DNA from: a virus
Lineage: Duplodnaviria; Caudoviricetes
Direction: 5' to 3' (one strand)
Length of the DNA: 64,000 nt
IMG/VR virus record: IMGVR_UViG_3300032243_000867
Span: 128,001-192,000 of that record
How positions within the stretch are numbered: the first letter of the stretch is position 1; every line of letters starts with the position of its first letter. This document shows positions 6,183 to 14,823 of the stretch, piece by piece. The notes under the pieces are model-generated. The model saw only the letters and a list, made by a program, of their open reading frames with translations, was not told the origin of the DNA and did not search any database. Made by a program: the position numbers and the translations under genes.

Positions 6183-8648
6183 ATGGCAACGAAGTCAAAG
6201 ACCCAGACCAACATCACCAAGTTCGCTCTCCGTAACTTCAAGGGCACCCCCACCCGCTACTTCCGCTGCGAGGCGGAAGACCTCACCGCGAAGGCGACCG
6301 TCGAGGTTCGCAAGCCTTCGCACCACATCCTCGTGATCGACCGTTCGGGCTCGATGTACGGGGACATCGGGGACGTGAAGGGCACCGTCGAGAAGCTCCT
6401 CACCCTCTCCGAGTTCCGCGATCCGACGCTGAAGGTGTCCCTCATCTCCTACTCGTCGCGGGGCGACGTGAAGCTGCACTTCAGCAAGGTGACGGTGGAG
6501 GACGTGATGCGGGCGGGCTCCCCGTACCTCGGTGAGATCCGCAGCATTCACGCCACGGCCCTCACCTGCATCTCGCAGGGCCTCGCGATGGCAGAGACCA
6601 TCGTGGACGATGCCGATACGACGTGCGTGACGCTTCACACGGACGGTTTCGCCAACGACCGGAGCCCCACGGCGGAGGCCCGCGACATCAAGGCGGCGGT
6701 CGAGAAGCTCAAGAAGCATCCCAACCTGTTCGCCAACACCATCGGGTATCGCGACTGGTGCGATTACAACCTCCTCGCCAGCATCAGCAACGCCCTCTCG
6801 GGCGTGTGCGTGCAGGCCAAGGGCATCAAGGCCGTGTACGAAGCGGTCTACAACACCACCAAGCTGCTGGCGGGCACGATGTCGACCGCCGTCGAGGTGT
6901 CGCGCGGCAAAGCGGCGTACACGCTGTTCGTGTCGAAGGCGGGCCGCAAGGTGCTGGGTTCCCGCGACGACACGATGCTGGTGCGTGGCCTCGCTCCGAC
7001 CGACGACAAGACCTCCTACCGCCTGTTCGAGATCAACGGGCAGGACTACGCGGCGCTGGACGTTCCGGTGAACGGCGACGGCGCGGACGTGCAGCCCGTC
7101 CTCGCCTACGCCCGCGCGCTGGTTTCGGAAGGTGAGCTCAATGCGGCGAAGTACGCGATGGTGGCCACTCGGTGCGGGGAGCTTCTGGAAGGCCACGCCC
7201 GCGCGCTGGTGTCCTCGGACATCGCGGCGATGGCCGACGCCATCGAGGGCTACACCTTCGACCGCGCCTTCACCCCCGCCCCCGTCTACGGGTTGCCCTC
7301 CACGGGTCCGTCGGTGCTCACGGTGCTCACCTACCTCAACGGGCACACGGACACCCTCTCGGTGGACCTCCCGACTTTCGCCAAGAGCTACAAGCGGCGG
7401 GGCGTGAAGCGCATCCCCGGCACGCGCCTCGCGGACGGCACGGTGGAGGAGCCCAAGGTTAGCTCCAAGGTGCGCGAGGGCGGGGACGGATGGGTGCGGG
7501 TCAACAGCTTCGACCTCAACCGCAACACGGCCAGCATCAATATGCTGGTGAGCCAACCCATCGACCTGTTCCCGAAGGGGTCGTCCCAGCGGGTGGCGAG
7601 CGTGGCGGGGGTGTCCCTCGACGACCTCAAGAGCTACAACAACTACACCCTCGTCGGTGATGGAATGCTGAACGTGGCTTCCCTCAACCTCCGCACGTCG
7701 GATCAGAAGGTGATCGTCGGGCTCGCTTCCCTCGGGCTCCACCTCGCCAATGCCAAGGCGGGCCAGCCCTTCACGCTCGACCTGTCGGGCCTCCCGCTGG
7801 TGGACTACGACCTCAACGTGAGCGCGGTGGACAACACTACGGCTACGCGCCTCGCGCGGCTCACGGTTCTCTCCAAGATCCTCAACGGCATGGTGAAGGG
7901 CGACGCCAGCGGGTTCACTTCGGAACAGGTGAACGACCTCAAGGCCCACTACCTCACCCCGGCGATGTACTTCTCGCCGCCCACCACCACGGAGTACGCG
8001 GACCTCGCGGACGCCATCGCCACGGGCAAAGTGGACACGAAGCTGTCCTACAAGGTGAACGTCGGCACGCCTTCCATCACGGGGCTGGACAAGCTGAAGT
8101 CGGGCAACGAGTACCTCCAGCGGCGCTTCACCTTGAAGGCCAACGGGGCGGACATCGAGAAGCCCACGCTGGATTACATCCCGCTTCCCAGTTCCGAGTG
8201 GGCGGTCAAGAAGCTCTCGGCCCGCACCGCCCTCGACGCCGTGGACGACCTCTCTTACCCCATCTACGAGGGCATCCTCGGTCTGGGCGACGGCACGGTG
8301 CTGAAGGATCTTCTGAAGGGAGTGGGGTGCGTGGACCCGGCGCGGTTCATCGCGGACATCAAGGGGGCGAACGCCCGCGACGAGATCAAGACGGCGATTC
8401 GGTTCGTGGACGATGCCATCGAGGCCGTGTACGAGACGGTTCGACCGCTGGCCTTCTACATCGGTGCGACGGGCCTTGTGCCCGATACCCTCGGCGCGAA
8501 GGCCCTGACTGCCGACGAGTTCGCCACGGCGCACCCGGAGGCGAAGCTGTCGAAGGCCGAGAAGGAGGAGGGCACGTTCTTCACCCTCCCCGACAACACG
8601 GTGCTGACCGTGTACGTCAAGGGCGAGCACTTCTCGACGGGCAACTAG
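6183..8648 (+). CDS. Large von Willebrand factor A (MIDAS) domain protein
   Basis: ILVIDRSGSM (DxSxS), ALTCISQG and LHTDG MIDAS motifs; GGAGG RBS; strong GC3 bias. Confidence 0.85.
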   Translation: MATKSKTQTNITKFALRNFKGTPTRYFRCEAEDLTAKATVEVRKPSHHILVIDRSGSMYGDIGDVKGTVEKLLTLSEFRDPTLKVSLISYSSRGDVKLHFSKVTVEDVMRAGSPYLGEIRSIHATALTCISQGLAMAETIVDDADTTCVTLHTDGFANDRSPTAEARDIKAAVEKLKKHPNLFANTIGYRDWCDYNLLASISNALSGVCVQAKGIKAVYEAVYNTTKLLAGTMSTAVEVSRGKAAYTLFVSKAGRKVLGSRDDTMLVRGLAPTDDKTSYRLFEINGQDYAALDVPVNGDGADVQPVLAYARALVSEGELNAAKYAMVATRCGELLEGHARALVSSDIAAMADAIEGYTFDRAFTPAPVYGLPSTGPSVLTVLTYLNGHTDTLSVDLPTFAKSYKRRGVKRIPGTRLADGTVEEPKVSSKVREGGDGWVRVNSFDLNRNTASINMLVSQPIDLFPKGSSQRVASVAGVSLDDLKSYNNYTLVGDGMLNVASLNLRTSDQKVIVGLASLGLHLANAKAGQPFTLDLSGLPLVDYDLNVSAVDNTTATRLARLTVLSKILNGMVKGDASGFTSEQVNDLKAHYLTPAMYFSPPTTTEYADLADAIATGKVDTKLSYKVNVGTPSITGLDKLKSGNEYLQRRFTLKANGADIEKPTLDYIPLPSSEWAVKKLSARTALDAVDDLSYPIYEGILGLGDGTVLKDLLKGVGCVDPARFIADIKGANARDEIKTAIRFVDDAIEAVYETVRPLAFYIGATGLVPDTLGAKALTADEFATAHPEAKLSKAEKEEGTFFTLPDNTVLTVYVKGEHFSTGN

Positions 8649-8681
8649 CCTTCGGTGATCCCCCTATCCCTAGCACGGGAT

Positions 8682-9146
8682 ATGGCCACCCTTCGTACCC
8701 GTCTCATCCGTCTGGCCCACCAGCAGCCCGCGCTGCGACCCCACCTTCTGCCCCTTCTCAAGTCGGCGCGGAGCTCGTTTGAGTTCCTCATGTCGATGGC
8801 GATGAACCATGACATGGCAGACGCCGTGCGGATGGATCGGGACGAAGAGCTCACCGAGAGCTACGTCGATCTCCTTCGATCTTCCCTCAACCGGGTCGAG
8901 AACTCGCTGGACGGCGAGCGCGTCCAAGGGTCCGTCCTCAAGGTCAAGCGTATCGAGGCCACGCGCGGGAAGCTCGTCGTGGTCCTTGAGGCTTCCCCCC
9001 CTCCTGTTACGGAGGAAGATGAAGAGGCAGTCCTCTACAGGGCAGAGCGTCTGCTGGAGAGGGAGATCACCGAGGAATTCAATCGACCCGGCGGTGAATG
9101 GTTGTACGAAGAGATGAAGCAAGAGCTTGAGATCGAGATTCTCTGA
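8682..9146 (+). CDS. Hypothetical protein with N-terminal LRTRLIRLAHQQPALRPHLLPLL segment; possible head-internal protein
   Basis: ORF 8655..9146, ATG 8682 preferred; basic N-terminus, acidic C-terminus; CTAT motif 18 nt upstream. Confidence 0.6.
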   Translation: MATLRTRLIRLAHQQPALRPHLLPLLKSARSSFEFLMSMAMNHDMADAVRMDRDEELTESYVDLLRSSLNRVENSLDGERVQGSVLKVKRIEATRGKLVVVLEASPPPVTEEDEEAVLYRAERLLEREITEEFNRPGGEWLYEEMKQELEIEIL

Positions 9147-9165
9147 TCCTTCCTAGCGGTCTTCA

Positions 9166-9420
9166 GTGAAGTACAAGACCCACACCACCGATCCGCGCAT
9201 TCCAGAAGGTTTCGTCGTGCGAGAGCACGACGAAAACACCCTCGATCCGTCCATTCGCGCGTCGGGGTGCCGTTGGGTCACGCGCCACGAGAGCATCGAC
9301 CACCCGTGTGGGTGGTACTCGTGGCATCGGTCCTACCCTGCTGCCGTACTTGCCGCCCGGATTCACGCGGGCCAGCCCTGCATCGGGACGGAGGGGCGAC
9401 GGAAGCGCCGTGCGCGGTGA
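9166..9420 (+). CDS. Hypothetical protein
   Basis: 84-aa ORF filling the gap between collinear genes. Confidence 0.45.
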   Translation: MKYKTHTTDPRIPEGFVVREHDENTLDPSIRASGCRWVTRHESIDHPCGWYSWHRSYPAAVLAARIHAGQPCIGTEGRRKRRAR

Positions 9421-9447
9421 CGCGCCTATCACCCGTGGAAGGTGGAC

Positions 9448-9750
9448 ATGGCAACGAGCAAAGCCGTAGATTGGTTGGAGACAGGGTGGAAGGTGCTGGC
9501 CGTTCTGGTCATCCCGCTCCTTGGGTTGGGCGTGTCCATGTACACGGACGCTTCTGTAACCCGCGAGAGGGTCACTCAGATCCAGCGCCGTCTCGACGAG
9601 GACCGCACTCAGATCGAGTCCGTGAACGCACGGATCAACCAGATTTCCCTCACCGTTCAAGACACCAACGGTCAGATTCGGGAGCTGCGTACGGTGCTGG
9701 ACATCATCCGTACCCAAGTAACTCGTACTTCAGAGGTGGGTAGGCCATGA
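9448..9750 (+). CDS. Single-TM coiled-coil membrane protein (holin/lysis-accessory-like)
   Basis: Hydrophobic VLAVLVIPLLGLGVSMY followed by a heptad-rich region. Confidence 0.55.
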   Translation: MATSKAVDWLETGWKVLAVLVIPLLGLGVSMYTDASVTRERVTQIQRRLDEDRTQIESVNARINQISLTVQDTNGQIRELRTVLDIIRTQVTRTSEVGRP

Positions 9751-10064
9751 GTTCTTCTCGCGCGCTGGAAGTGTTCTTCGGGGTCGTCACCCTGGTTTCC
9801 GTCGTTTCCGTGCCCGTTCCCCGAAGAAGCCCTCCCGCGGTTGTTATCCCCGCGAGGCCCCGGCTCGACCTTACCAGGTTGGAGTACCTTCACCGGGAAT
9901 CTCTGGCCCAGAAGGAAAGCGTCTCTAGCCTCTCCCGCGAGACGCGGGAGCTCTCGAACCTCCTACGCACTCAACCGATCCGGTCCGACGGCGGTACGGT
10001 AGCGTCACACGCGCCCCGTACAGGGATTCAACCGGAGAACGAAGAGTATGAGTGCAGCCAGTGA
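9747..10064 (+). CDS. Hypothetical membrane-anchored protein
   Basis: N-terminal hydrophobic VFFGVVTLVSVVSVPV; ATGA overlap with the upstream gene. Confidence 0.5.
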   Translation: MSSSRALEVFFGVVTLVSVVSVPVPRRSPPAVVIPARPRLDLTRLEYLHRESLAQKESVSSLSRETRELSNLLRTQPIRSDGGTVASHAPRTGIQPENEEYECSQ

Positions 10065-10332
10065 CATCGCGAAGAAGCTGACCGACGACGAGTCCAAGGA
10101 GATTCAGGGCCTCCACCGTCAGGCTCAGGAGATCGTCCACGCCATCGGCCAGACGGAGGTTCGCAAGGCGAAGCTCCTCTCTCAGTTGTCGGACGTTGAG
10201 GAGCGGGCGCAGGGGACGATGAACTCGGTGGGTGCCCGTCTGGGTCTTCCGCAGGGCGTGCCGTGGCACATCACCCCGGACGGAAGCATCGTTCTCATCG
10301 ACCCGAAGACGGGCCAACCCCTCGCGCCGTAG
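10048..10332 (+). CDS. Small coiled-coil hypothetical protein
   Basis: 94-aa helical ORF with typical codon bias. Confidence 0.6.
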   Translation: MSAASDIAKKLTDDESKEIQGLHRQAQEIVHAIGQTEVRKAKLLSQLSDVEERAQGTMNSVGARLGLPQGVPWHITPDGSIVLIDPKTGQPLAP

Positions 10333-10356
10333 CCCTTCTATCGCACCCTCTCGGGT

Positions 10357-10842
10357 GTGATCCCTTCCCGTACCGCCTACCAACGCCAACGCCGCCAGCG
10401 CGGTTTGGCGAAGGTCAAGTCCCACCGCTACTACATGAAGCACCGCGCGCAGAACAAGATGCGGGCGCGGAAGCGGTACAAACGTATGCGGAACAACCCG
10501 GCGTTCAAGCGCCGCCAGCGTCTCTACCGCATGAATCCTCAGAGGTTCATGCGGCGCACGGCGTCGTTTGCCGGGTTCGATCCGATTCCTTTCTGGTCGG
10601 CGTCTCTAGGGGACGGGCTGGTGGTGGGGGTGGACGACGATGAGGTGTTCTACACCCTGTTGTCTTCGCCCGAAGACCTACAGGTGATCTACCATCAGGA
10701 TTTCCTCGACACGGCGGCGTTCCTAGAGGACGCCGACATCGAGCGTTTCTTCTCTATCCTCGACGAAGCGATGGGGGTTCCCCTCGTCGTCTCCGCCGTG
10801 TCGGATGCATTGGTATCCGAGATGGAGGCGCATGAAGTTTGA
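10357..10842 (+). CDS. Hypothetical protein with highly basic N-terminus and acidic C-terminus
   Basis: 26 K/R and no D/E in residues 1-69, then a D/E-rich domain. Confidence 0.65.
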   Translation: MIPSRTAYQRQRRQRGLAKVKSHRYYMKHRAQNKMRARKRYKRMRNNPAFKRRQRLYRMNPQRFMRRTASFAGFDPIPFWSASLGDGLVVGVDDDEVFYTLLSSPEDLQVIYHQDFLDTAAFLEDADIERFFSILDEAMGVPLVVSAVSDALVSEMEAHEV

Positions 10843-11281
10843 CCGGAAGGCGCTGGACGCACTAGGCAAGAAGTGGCTGAAGTACCTGAAGGAAGAAATC
10901 GCGAAGGACGCGGCGAAGAGCACCTTCATCCCGCGCGACCCCGAGTTCCTCAAGAGCTTCAGCTACACCGTCGAACCCGGCGGAATCGTGTCCCTGTACT
11001 CGACGTGGCCGTGGCTAGAGGTCATCACCAACGGCACGCGCGGAAAGTACAAGATGGCGCGGCTCACCCAACAAGCCGGGGTGAACGTCGTTCCGTTGGT
11101 TCAGCGGGACGGTAGCGTTCACTTTAGAACCGCCCCGTTGACCTTCGGGGAGGCGTGGGTTCACCCAAAAATCGCGAAGCACACGTTCATCAACAGGGCC
11201 TACGAGAGAGCTTTTCAGGACCATGCCGATGAGGTGGTGGGCTCCGCGATACAGAAAGCTGTGGATAAGAAGAAACGATGA
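10832..11281 (+). CDS. Putative neck/tail-completion protein (HK97 gp10-like)
   Basis: ~149 aa basic protein ending PKIAKHTFINRAYE, reminiscent of the gp10-like PF..A C-terminus; position ahead of tail genes. Confidence 0.4.
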   Translation: MKFDRKALDALGKKWLKYLKEEIAKDAAKSTFIPRDPEFLKSFSYTVEPGGIVSLYSTWPWLEVITNGTRGKYKMARLTQQAGVNVVPLVQRDGSVHFRTAPLTFGEAWVHPKIAKHTFINRAYERAFQDHADEVVGSAIQKAVDKKKR

Positions 11282-11853
11282 ACGAGGGCGAGGTCAAGAT
11301 CATCTGTTTGGTGGACTCGATCCATCTCACCGACCTCGGGTTGAGACTCACTCGGGGGGCTCAAGCCACTGTCGCGATGTCTGCTGCGATGAAGTCACGG
11401 GATCTCTCGAAGGCGAAGGTAGACGGCACGGTCAGCACCCAGACCCTTCGGTCATCGGTGATTCGGGTGCAGGAACACGTCTCCTCGGACACGGTTACGT
11501 CTCAGTCCCCCCGCGCCGCCCCGCTGGACATCGCCCCCGTCCTGACGGCTCTACAAAGGCTGACGGACGAGGTTCGGGGTCTGCGATCGGACCTATCTTC
11601 CCGGCCCGTATCCCCGCCTCCTTCCGTAGACTTCTCCCCGTTGCTTCGGGCTCTGTCGGCTACCCCCCAGGCGGGCGGGGTCCCCGCCCCCGTGGCGGTT
11701 TCCCCGCCCGCCTCTCCCGAAGCGGTGTTCATCCCGTCGAACCTCACGGGGGGCGATCTGTCCGCGAAGCTCAACGTGTCGTCGGAGAGCACGGACGACC
11801 CCGGACTCGCAGACGCAATGCAAGCTCTCAAAGCGGCACGAAAGAATCGGTAG
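11278..11853 (+). CDS. Hypothetical protein with Pro-rich linker, upstream of the actin-like gene
   Basis: 191-aa ORF with ATGA overlap; short coiled segment, PVSPPP repeats, amphipathic C-terminal helix. Confidence 0.6.
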   Translation: MNEGEVKIICLVDSIHLTDLGLRLTRGAQATVAMSAAMKSRDLSKAKVDGTVSTQTLRSSVIRVQEHVSSDTVTSQSPRAAPLDIAPVLTALQRLTDEVRGLRSDLSSRPVSPPPSVDFSPLLRALSATPQAGGVPAPVAVSPPASPEAVFIPSNLTGGDLSAKLNVSSESTDDPGLADAMQALKAARKNR

Positions 11854-11862
11854 GGTACAAGC

Positions 11863-12870
11863 ATGGCAAAGCAGACTGAAGTTGCGCTCGGGTGTGGTCT
11901 GGACGTGGGCACCATGAATGTGGTCGCCGCGAGGAAGTCCTCGTCGGGAGTTGAAACCCGTCGCGTGCGAGACGCCTTTCTGGAGCTGCCGATTGATTCT
12001 AAGAAGATGCTCAAGCTCTCGAACGTGAGCTTTGTGGAGCGCGCCGACGAACTTCTCATCCTCGGTGACGCCGCGATGGACACGGCCAACATCTTCGGGC
12101 GCGAAGCCCGCCGTCCGTTGTCGGCGGGCTTGGTGTCCTCCTCGGACATCGACGCGATGGAGATCCTCGGGCTGCTCATCAAGAACGTCCTCGGTGAGCC
12201 CAAGGTTCCCGGCGAGCACTGCTACTTCAGCGTTCCCGCCGCTCCCGTGGACAAGCCCGGGCAGGACGTGATCTACCACCGTGGGGTGCTGGAGAAGATT
12301 GTCCGTGAGTGCGGGTACACCCCCACGGCGGGCAACGAGGCGATGGCGATTGTCTACGCCGAGACCGCCAAGGAGGGCTTCTCGGGCATCGGCATCTCGT
12401 TCGGCAGCGGAATGACGAACATCGCCCTCGCGGTGAACACCATCGAGGGGCTGTCGTTCTCCGTGGGGCGCGGCGGTGACTGGATCGACCAGGGGTCCGC
12501 AAAGGCTCTGGGGTCTACCGCGTCTCGGATGTGCGCTATCAAAGAGAAGGGTATCGCCCTCGGTGCCCCGGTGGGGCGGGAACAAGAAGCCTTGGAATTT
12601 TACTGTCGCAACTTGATCGAGTACTCCATCGACCATATCGCCCTTCAGTTCATGTCGATTCAAGGCAAGTTCACTCTCCCGAAGCCCGTGCCCATCGTGG
12701 TGTCGGGGGGTACTTCCAAGGCGGGCGGGTTCCTCGATCTGTTCAAGGCGGTGTTCGAGAAGAAGCGCAAGAAGTTCCCCATCGAGGTGAGTGAGATCCG
12801 CGCCTCTACCGACCCGCTCAACGCGGTCGCGAACGGGTTGCTCATCCAAGCGATGCAGGAGAGCGAGTGA
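11863..12870 (+). CDS. Actin/Hsp70-fold ATPase (MreB/ParM/MamK-like)
   Basis: Phosphate-1 GLDVGTMNV, connect-1 NEAMA, phosphate-2 ISFGSGMTNI, GRGGDWID, adenosine VVSGGTS, connect-2 PLNAVANG; 335 aa. Confidence 0.85.
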   Translation: MAKQTEVALGCGLDVGTMNVVAARKSSSGVETRRVRDAFLELPIDSKKMLKLSNVSFVERADELLILGDAAMDTANIFGREARRPLSAGLVSSSDIDAMEILGLLIKNVLGEPKVPGEHCYFSVPAAPVDKPGQDVIYHRGVLEKIVRECGYTPTAGNEAMAIVYAETAKEGFSGIGISFGSGMTNIALAVNTIEGLSFSVGRGGDWIDQGSAKALGSTASRMCAIKEKGIALGAPVGREQEALEFYCRNLIEYSIDHIALQFMSIQGKFTLPKPVPIVVSGGTSKAGGFLDLFKAVFEKKRKKFPIEVSEIRASTDPLNAVANGLLIQAMQESE

Positions 12871-13136
12871 TGGAGCCCGCCCCGTGCGACTACTCGGCCC
12901 TGTCCGACCGTGGCGACACCCCCCCATGCTGGGGTGAGGTCACCCTCATCGAAGAGATTGAGATGTCGGGCGGCGATCGTGTAGCCGTATACGCTTGTGG
13001 CGGGCACCGTGGAATCCCTGAGCACGGGGGCTACCTTGAGGAAGGAGCCCCCGTACCGCCCGAGGAGGGGGAGGTGCCCGAAGAGTTAGCCGCCCTGTGG
13101 GATGCCGTTCCCAACAGTTTCTTCACCGACCTCTGA
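12867..13136 (+). CDS. Small acidic hypothetical protein
   Basis: 89-aa ORF overlapping the actin stop; several Cys/His. Confidence 0.55.
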   Translation: MMEPAPCDYSALSDRGDTPPCWGEVTLIEEIEMSGGDRVAVYACGGHRGIPEHGGYLEEGAPVPPEEGEVPEELAALWDAVPNSFFTDL

Positions 13137-13142
13137 GGGCTC

Positions 13143-14267
13143 ATGTACTACTTTTTGACGGCTGCGGTCCAACGGCGCTTCATCCAAGAGCTCCGTAACT
13201 ACTGGGGTACTCACCCTCGGTACCAAGACCTCATTGACAACGTGCAAGGGAAGTACTCGTTCGAGCAGCGCCCGCAGTACGGAATCATCGTCAAGACGGG
13301 CAGCGCGAACAAGGTTCAGCTATCCGCCGACAACTTCATGGGCACCGTGCAGAGCTACGTCGCCCTCGCCCGCATTCCCGGTTACACGGGCCACTCCTGC
13401 GAGTGGGTGCGAGAGGACTCCCTCGCCGTCCAGTCCAACGGTGGGCGGTTTCCAACGCCCGCTGGGATCTATTACTGCGAGATGACCGAGGACGATCAGT
13501 TCTACGTCGATCCGCTGCTGGAAGTCCGCAACGAACGCCTCACGATGACGGCCCCCAGTGAAGGTGTACTTCAACAGGTTCCGTACGAGGGCTCCCTACG
13601 TCTGGTAGAGCTTCCGGGCGGGAAGCTGTACGTCGAAGGGCGGGACTACACTTTGGGAGGGGAAGAGGGGACCACCGTCTACCTTCGTTCGCCCCTCCCA
13701 ACGGGAACGGCCCTCCGGGCGAACTACCGCTATGCGGGGGAGACTACGGGTCCGTGGGAGGCGAAGTCCCTGTACGGGTACAACAAGGCCATTCCCGGCT
13801 GTGTTCTGGTGTTCGGGCGGAGGGCAAAGAAGGGTGACCGATTCGCCGTGGTGGTCACCGACGCTCGCGAAGACGCCTATCTGGAGTACGGCGGTAGGTG
13901 GGACCTCACCTTGGACATCGACATCGTGGCCCGTGACGTGTACGCGCAGCGGGAGATCGCAGACCTCACGGCGATGTTCCTGTGGGCCATCCTGCGCCCT
14001 AGCCTCATCGACGAAGGCATTGATGTCACGGAAATCTCCATGGGCGGGGAGACGGAAGAAGTGTTCGACGAGAACGCCGACGACTACTTCTACAATTCAT
14101 CCATCTCCATGACCGTCCAGACGGACTGGTTCACCTTCGTTCCGATCATCCCTCGCGTCCTCTCCATCGCTCAGACGGTAACGGGGTTGACCCAGGGGTT
14201 GCAGATCGACGCGGTGCGGGACCCGTTCTTCGGGGCTCGGTTCGCATCCTACGAGACGGTTTCCTGA
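13143..14267 (+). CDS. Putative tail terminator/completion protein with inserted beta-sandwich domain
   Basis: WDLTLDIDIVARD...REIADLTAMFL and YNSSISMTVQTDW resemble tail-terminator folds; LYVEGRDYTL insert; directly upstream of the sheath. Confidence 0.5.
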   Translation: MYYFLTAAVQRRFIQELRNYWGTHPRYQDLIDNVQGKYSFEQRPQYGIIVKTGSANKVQLSADNFMGTVQSYVALARIPGYTGHSCEWVREDSLAVQSNGGRFPTPAGIYYCEMTEDDQFYVDPLLEVRNERLTMTAPSEGVLQQVPYEGSLRLVELPGGKLYVEGRDYTLGGEEGTTVYLRSPLPTGTALRANYRYAGETTGPWEAKSLYGYNKAIPGCVLVFGRRAKKGDRFAVVVTDAREDAYLEYGGRWDLTLDIDIVARDVYAQREIADLTAMFLWAILRPSLIDEGIDVTEISMGGETEEVFDENADDYFYNSSISMTVQTDWFTFVPIIPRVLSIAQTVTGLTQGLQIDAVRDPFFGARFASYETVS

Positions 14268-14698
14268 TGCCAACCTACCGCTTCCAGTGCGAGTCCTGCG
14301 GCCTGAGTTTCACGGCTCGCGGCCCCGCGGACATGGCCAGCGCCCCTTGCTCCGAGTGCGGGTATATCGTCCATCGCGCCCTTCCCAAGACGCTCTACGC
14401 CGCGACCTCTGGCGGGGGGTCGGACTTGACGAAGGACACGGGATTCTCCGGTGTGGACTACAACTTCGACCGGGCGGTGGGCGAGTCTTCCAAGAAGAAC
14501 TGGCAAGGTATCGCCAACCGGCAACGGGACAAGATCGACGTAGTTCAGTCCCACGGCGTGACGGGCTGGGATCTTTCCCGCAATCCCGACGGGACGTACC
14601 GGGTGATGACCCCGGAGGAGCGCGCGTCCAGCGAACGGTCGCGCGAGTTTCACTTCAAGGTTTTGAAGCACGGCAAAGACAAGGGCCTACTGAAGTAG
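14267..14698 (+). CDS. FmdB-family zinc-ribbon protein
   Basis: MPTYRFQCESCG...CSECG N-terminus. Confidence 0.75.
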   Translation: MPTYRFQCESCGLSFTARGPADMASAPCSECGYIVHRALPKTLYAATSGGGSDLTKDTGFSGVDYNFDRAVGESSKKNWQGIANRQRDKIDVVQSHGVTGWDLSRNPDGTYRVMTPEERASSERSREFHFKVLKHGKDKGLLK

Positions 14699-14823
14699 TT
14701 TCCGGCGGTTCCCTACCTATAACGGGAGCCTTCGTGTAACGCCTCCTAATCTTCCGTGAGCTTTCTCGCCGGGGTGTTCTCGGCGTGTTCTTCAGCTTCG
14801 GGGGGCGGTACGCGGAGACTTTC

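Noticed and set aside
6195-8630. 811-aa antisense ORF opposite the vWA gene
   Set aside because: Shadow ORF from strong GC3 bias on the sense strand; no motifs, atypical composition
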